Positions 60,641 through 64,000 of a DNA stretch of 64,000 nucleotides are shown here, one piece after another. The DNA lies in the NCBI GenBank assembly GCA_002328585.1, contig DCUV01000060.1, forward strand, positions 72,482 to 136,481, read 5' to 3'. The stretch's first letter is position 1. Every line of letters starts with the position of its first letter. The position numbers were made by a program, and so were the translations under genes. This DNA comes from Spirochaetia bacterium UBA2205. GTDB taxonomy: Bacteria; Spirochaetota; UBA4802; UB4802. Below the pieces are notes generated by a model. The model saw only the letters and a program-made list of their open reading frames with translations. It did no database searches and was not told the DNA's origin.

Positions 60641-60670
60641 ATTTTAAGGGGGAGTTGATTATTTACTTAG

Positions 60671-61834
60671 ATGAAAGCGGAGATAATACCTGAAAATTCG
60701 GCTGGTATCGTTACCACTAATTATTATACTTTTGCTGAGCCACCTGATGAATTGTTATTGGTTTCAGGGAAAAAACTTGGGCCAATAACATTAGCCTACG
60801 AAACATACGGTACTCTTAACAGTGACAAAAGTAATGCCATATTAATACTTCATGCCCTTTCAGGTTCAGCTCATGCTGCAGGGTATCATGCAAAAAAAGA
60901 TATGTATCCAGGGTGGTGGGATAATTATGTTGGTCCCGGTAAAACTTTTGATACATCACACTATTTTATTATTTGTTCCAATGTTATTGGCGGATGTAGC
61001 GGGTCAACCGGCCCATCATCCATTAATCCTGAAACGGGAAAAGAATATGGTTTGGATTTTCCCATTGTCACTATTCAGGATATGGTAAATGCGCAATATC
61101 ATTTAATTAAATTTTTTGGGATACAAAAGCTTTTATCAGTTGTTGGAGGTTCAATGGGTGGGATGCAGGCATTGCAATGGTCAATATCATATCCTGATAT
61201 GGTGCAGTCTGTGGTAGCAATTGCAACGGCAGCGTCTCTTTCAGCACAGGGGATTGCCTTCAATGAAGTTGGCAGACAGGCAATTATGCTTGATCCCAAC
61301 TGGAATTATGGAGATTATTATAACAATGAAAATCCTAAGAATGGACTATCGCTTGCACGTATGATTGGACATATCACCTACCTGAGCGAGAAGCTTATGC
61401 ATGAAAAATTTGGCAGAAGATTGCAACATTCAGATATTTTTAAATTTCACATGGATCTTGAGTTTGAAGTTGAGTCATACCTTCACCATAAAGGGAATGA
61501 TTTTGTTCAGAGATTTGATGCAAACTCATATTTATATATCACAAAAGCCATTGACTATTTTGATTTAAAGAATGATTTTAATGGTGATCTGGCTAACGCT
61601 TTTGTTAATGTAAATTCTAATTACCTTGTTATAAGTTTTTCTTCTGACTGGTTATACCCGACTTCACAATCGCGGGAGATTGTTAGAGCATTGCGTATGA
61701 ACAGCAAAAATGTTATTTTTACCGAAATACAGAGTGATAAAGGGCATGATACATTTCTGCTGCCCCATGAACAATTAGAGCACAATATAGCTAATTTTTT
61801 AAAACGGGAGTTTGAAAAGGTTCACAGGAAATGA
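60671..61834 (+). CDS. metX: Homoserine O-acetyltransferase
   Basis: Alpha/beta hydrolase with the nucleophile elbow GGSMGG and a typical MetX N-terminus (..[31 protein letters not shown]..). Confidence 0.9.
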   Translation: MKAEIIPENSAGIVTTNYYTFAEPPDELLLVSGKKLGPITLAYETYGTLNSDKSNAILILHALSGSAHAAGYHAKKDMYPGWWDNYVGPGKTFDTSHYFIICSNVIGGCSGSTGPSSINPETGKEYGLDFPIVTIQDMVNAQYHLIKFFGIQKLLSVVGGSMGGMQALQWSISYPDMVQSVVAIATAASLSAQGIAFNEVGRQAIMLDPNWNYGDYYNNENPKNGLSLARMIGHITYLSEKLMHEKFGRRLQHSDIFKFHMDLEFEVESYLHHKGNDFVQRFDANSYLYITKAIDYFDLKNDFNGDLANAFVNVNSNYLVISFSSDWLYPTSQSREIVRALRMNSKNVIFTEIQSDKGHDTFLLPHEQLEHNIANFLKREFEKVHRK

Positions 61835-62454
61835 AGGAATACAGGGTTGCGTATGATTTGATTCTGGATGAGATACCCTATGGTGCACGCGTGCTTGATT
61901 TGGGATGTGGTGATGGTCAGTTGTTGAAGTTGCTACAAACTACAAAAAAAGTTAAAGGATTTGGTGTTGAAATCTCACCTGAAGGTGTAAGCCAATGTGT
62001 TGAAAAAGGATTGTACTGTTATCAGGGTGACATTGATGAAGGGCTGAATGATTATAAAGACAATTCATTTGATTATGTGATTGTGAATCAGACGTTGCAA
62101 AGTACAAAAAAACCAGAGGTTGTTATACGTGAATCACTCCGTATATCACTCAACGCTATCTTCAGTTTTCCTAACTTTGCCCATTATAGCTTGAGATTGT
62201 ATAGTTCATTCTATGGCAGGATGCCTAAAAATAAATTATTGCCCTATGAATGGTATGAAACGCCTAATATACATCTTTTAACAATAAAAGATTTTAGAGA
62301 TTTTTGTAATGCGTTTGGTTATCCTATAAAAAAAGAAATGCATTTTTCAACCATTCGTTGTCATTCGGTAAAGTTACCTGCTATGCCCAATCTTTTTGCA
62401 GAGTATGGTTTTTTTATATTGGATGGGGGACCATTTACCTCTGATACTATATGA
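61831..62454 (+). CDS. metW: Methionine biosynthesis protein MetW
   Basis: Motif I ..[12 protein letters not shown].. Overlaps the metX stop (ATGA). Confidence 0.85.
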   Translation: MKEYRVAYDLILDEIPYGARVLDLGCGDGQLLKLLQTTKKVKGFGVEISPEGVSQCVEKGLYCYQGDIDEGLNDYKDNSFDYVIVNQTLQSTKKPEVVIRESLRISLNAIFSFPNFAHYSLRLYSSFYGRMPKNKLLPYEWYETPNIHLLTIKDFRDFCNAFGYPIKKEMHFSTIRCHSVKLPAMPNLFAEYGFFILDGGPFTSDTI

Positions 62455-63061
62455 TTCCATCCCATTGAGATAATGTATTACGTATTTTCTGATGAGTAGT
62501 ACAAAAAATAATAAAACAAAAATTTTGGCTACACCCAACCCAATGTTTTTCTTTTTTAAAAGATAATAATATATCCTTCAAAGGTATTCCGCTACATAAT
62601 CATCGTTTTACTGATAGAGTAATTACTCTTACAATTACCAGTTAGTGTAGCCAAAATAAACTATAATTTATTGATGCAGTTTTTTTATCTAATAGTAAAC
62701 TTTAAAGATAAGAAATTACTATTCATTTTATGTCAAATATTTTTTTATATTAAAATAAAAAAATATATTATTTATATAATATGTTGTTATAAAATATAAC
62801 ATATAATTATATTTAACCCTTCTATTATTGAAAAAATTGCGTTTAAATTTTTTACATGACAATATGTGCATTGAAAAAGTACAGTATATGTATTGTTGAT
62901 AAATTCAGGGTAAATGATTGATAAAATTATTGATTTCAAATAATGTATAACAATAGTTGTATATATTCAACAGATGCATTTATAGTTTTATAAATTATGG
63001 AATAAATAATTGCAGGCGATAGTTACTTGAAGATATCAATACACCATATTGATCCATTCCA

Positions 63062-64000
63062 ATGAAGATTCAATTTGTACAACTTCCGTTGATTGATCAT
63101 GGTTTGCAGTATGTTACAGGCAATATCCCTAATGCTGCTGGAACATTGCACGCCTTTTGTGAGATAACCTCTGGTAGTACTATGAAAGGATTTCAACTGC
63201 CGTATAGCATCCAGAACTATGGCTCTGACCCCATGATTGTGAATCACATATTACGCAATGAGCCAACGCATGTTGCATTTACATGCTACCTGTGGAATGT
63301 AGAGCGTTCACTGACAATTGCTAAAACGATTAAGGCTCTGGCACCACATATCATAATCCTTTTTGGCGGGCCTGAAATACAGGTTAACTCATATATCCTG
63401 AAACAAAAGCAATCATTCATAGATATATTTGTCATTGGCGAAGGAGAATATTTTTTCAATTATTACTATAACAATACCTGCAAACAATTTATTCATATGG
63501 TCAATGGTAACGCTGTTTTTATTCAGGGCTCTGACCCCTTTATTCCACTGTCACAGATGGTGGAACCGTATACCGCCGGCTATCTGAAACCAATGCATGA
63601 TAAAAGCCTGAGCGTTGAAGTGATACGTGGATGTCCTTTCAAATGCACCTACTGCCTCTATTCCAAAAATGCCAGCAGGGTCAGAGCCTTACCGCCGCAC
63701 AAGCTTGCCGATATCATACAAAAAAGTATGAGCGATGAAATACAGGAATTGTATCTTTTGGCCCCTACATTTAATCAATCCCCGCAATTCAGGGATTATC
63801 TGCAAACACTGATATCCAGCAGATTTTCTGTCTCACTGCATACCGAGCTCAGGGCTGATACCATTACCAGGGATATTGCTATGACCTTGAAGAAAGCCAA
63901 TTTCCGTAGCGCTGAGGTAGGCATTCAAACATTAAACAAAAAATGTTTACAAAAGATTGGCAGAAAAACAAATCCAGGAAAAGAGCTACAGGGGATATTC
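63062..64000 (+). CDS. B12-binding-domain radical SAM protein (partial, continues beyond window end). Not in the ORF track.
   Basis: Manual translation: MKIQFVQLPLIDHGLQY... N-terminal B12-binding-like domain, then the radical SAM motif CPFKCTYC. Confidence 0.7.
   Translation, partial: MKIQFVQLPLIDHGLQYVTGNIPNAAGTLHAFCEITSGSTMKGFQLPYSIQNYGSDPMIVNHILRNEPTHVAFTCYLWNVERSLTIAKTIKALAPHIIILFGGPEIQVNSYILKQKQSFIDIFVIGEGEYFFNYYYNNTCKQFIHMVNGNAVFIQGSDPFIPLSQMVEPYTAGYLKPMHDKSLSVEVIRGCPFKCTYCLYSKNASRVRALPPHKLADIIQKSMSDEIQELYLLAPTFNQSPQFRDYLQTLISSRFSVSLHTELRADTITRDIAMTLKKANFRSAEVGIQTLNKKCLQKIGRKTNPGKELQGIF

Noticed and set aside
63023-63247. 74-aa minus-strand ORF
   Set aside because: It overlaps the start of the well-supported plus-strand radical SAM gene and has no SD.

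Overview
This is a 64-kb AT-rich window (roughly one-third GC by eye) from a bacterial chromosome, apparently a diderm anaerobe or facultative organism. Evidence: Shine-Dalgarno-dependent starts throughout (GGAGG-type), a DsbD gene, outer-membrane barrel proteins, many lipoproteins, the conserved rpmH-rnpA-yidD-yidC-jag-mnmE block, PBP1A, HtrA and CarD. The metX/metW pair, STAS antagonist, membrane-bound AraC regulator and heavy fatty-acid beta-oxidation content would fit a spirochaete or Leptospira-like lineage, but taxonomy cannot be established from this sequence alone. Housekeeping content includes leuS, pyruvate phosphate dikinase (ppdK), a class III ribonucleotide reductase (nrdD/nrdG), and a TetR-controlled beta-oxidation island: two tandem acyl-CoA dehydrogenases, 3-hydroxyacyl-CoA dehydrogenase, enoyl-CoA hydratase, and a divergent SCP2/acyl-CoA ligase/thiolase/START operon. 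Two more acyl-activating or reducing enzymes are present (FadH-like reductase, long-chain acyl-CoA ligase), plus a SAM-I riboswitch before metX-metW. No rRNA, tRNA, CRISPR array, IS transposase or prophage genes were seen. The most unusual signals are (i) a dispersed ~130-200 nt intergenic repeat with nested CCTGAA/TTCAGG hairpins, GGAATGACA sub-repeats and a conserved 3' end that supplies the ribosome-binding site of the next gene (copies before leuS, inside nrdD, and two orphan copies). (ii) nrdD is split: the 695-aa body lacks the glycyl-radical motif, which sits in a separate 63-aa ORF just after one repeat copy and translationally coupled to nrdG. (iii) perfect TACTGACATGTCAGTA palindromes bracket the TetR gene and the acd operon promoter. 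Partial genes at both window edges (DsbD at the 5' end, a B12-binding radical SAM protein at the 3' end) are absent from the ORF track, as are rpmH and several short SD-equipped ORFs.
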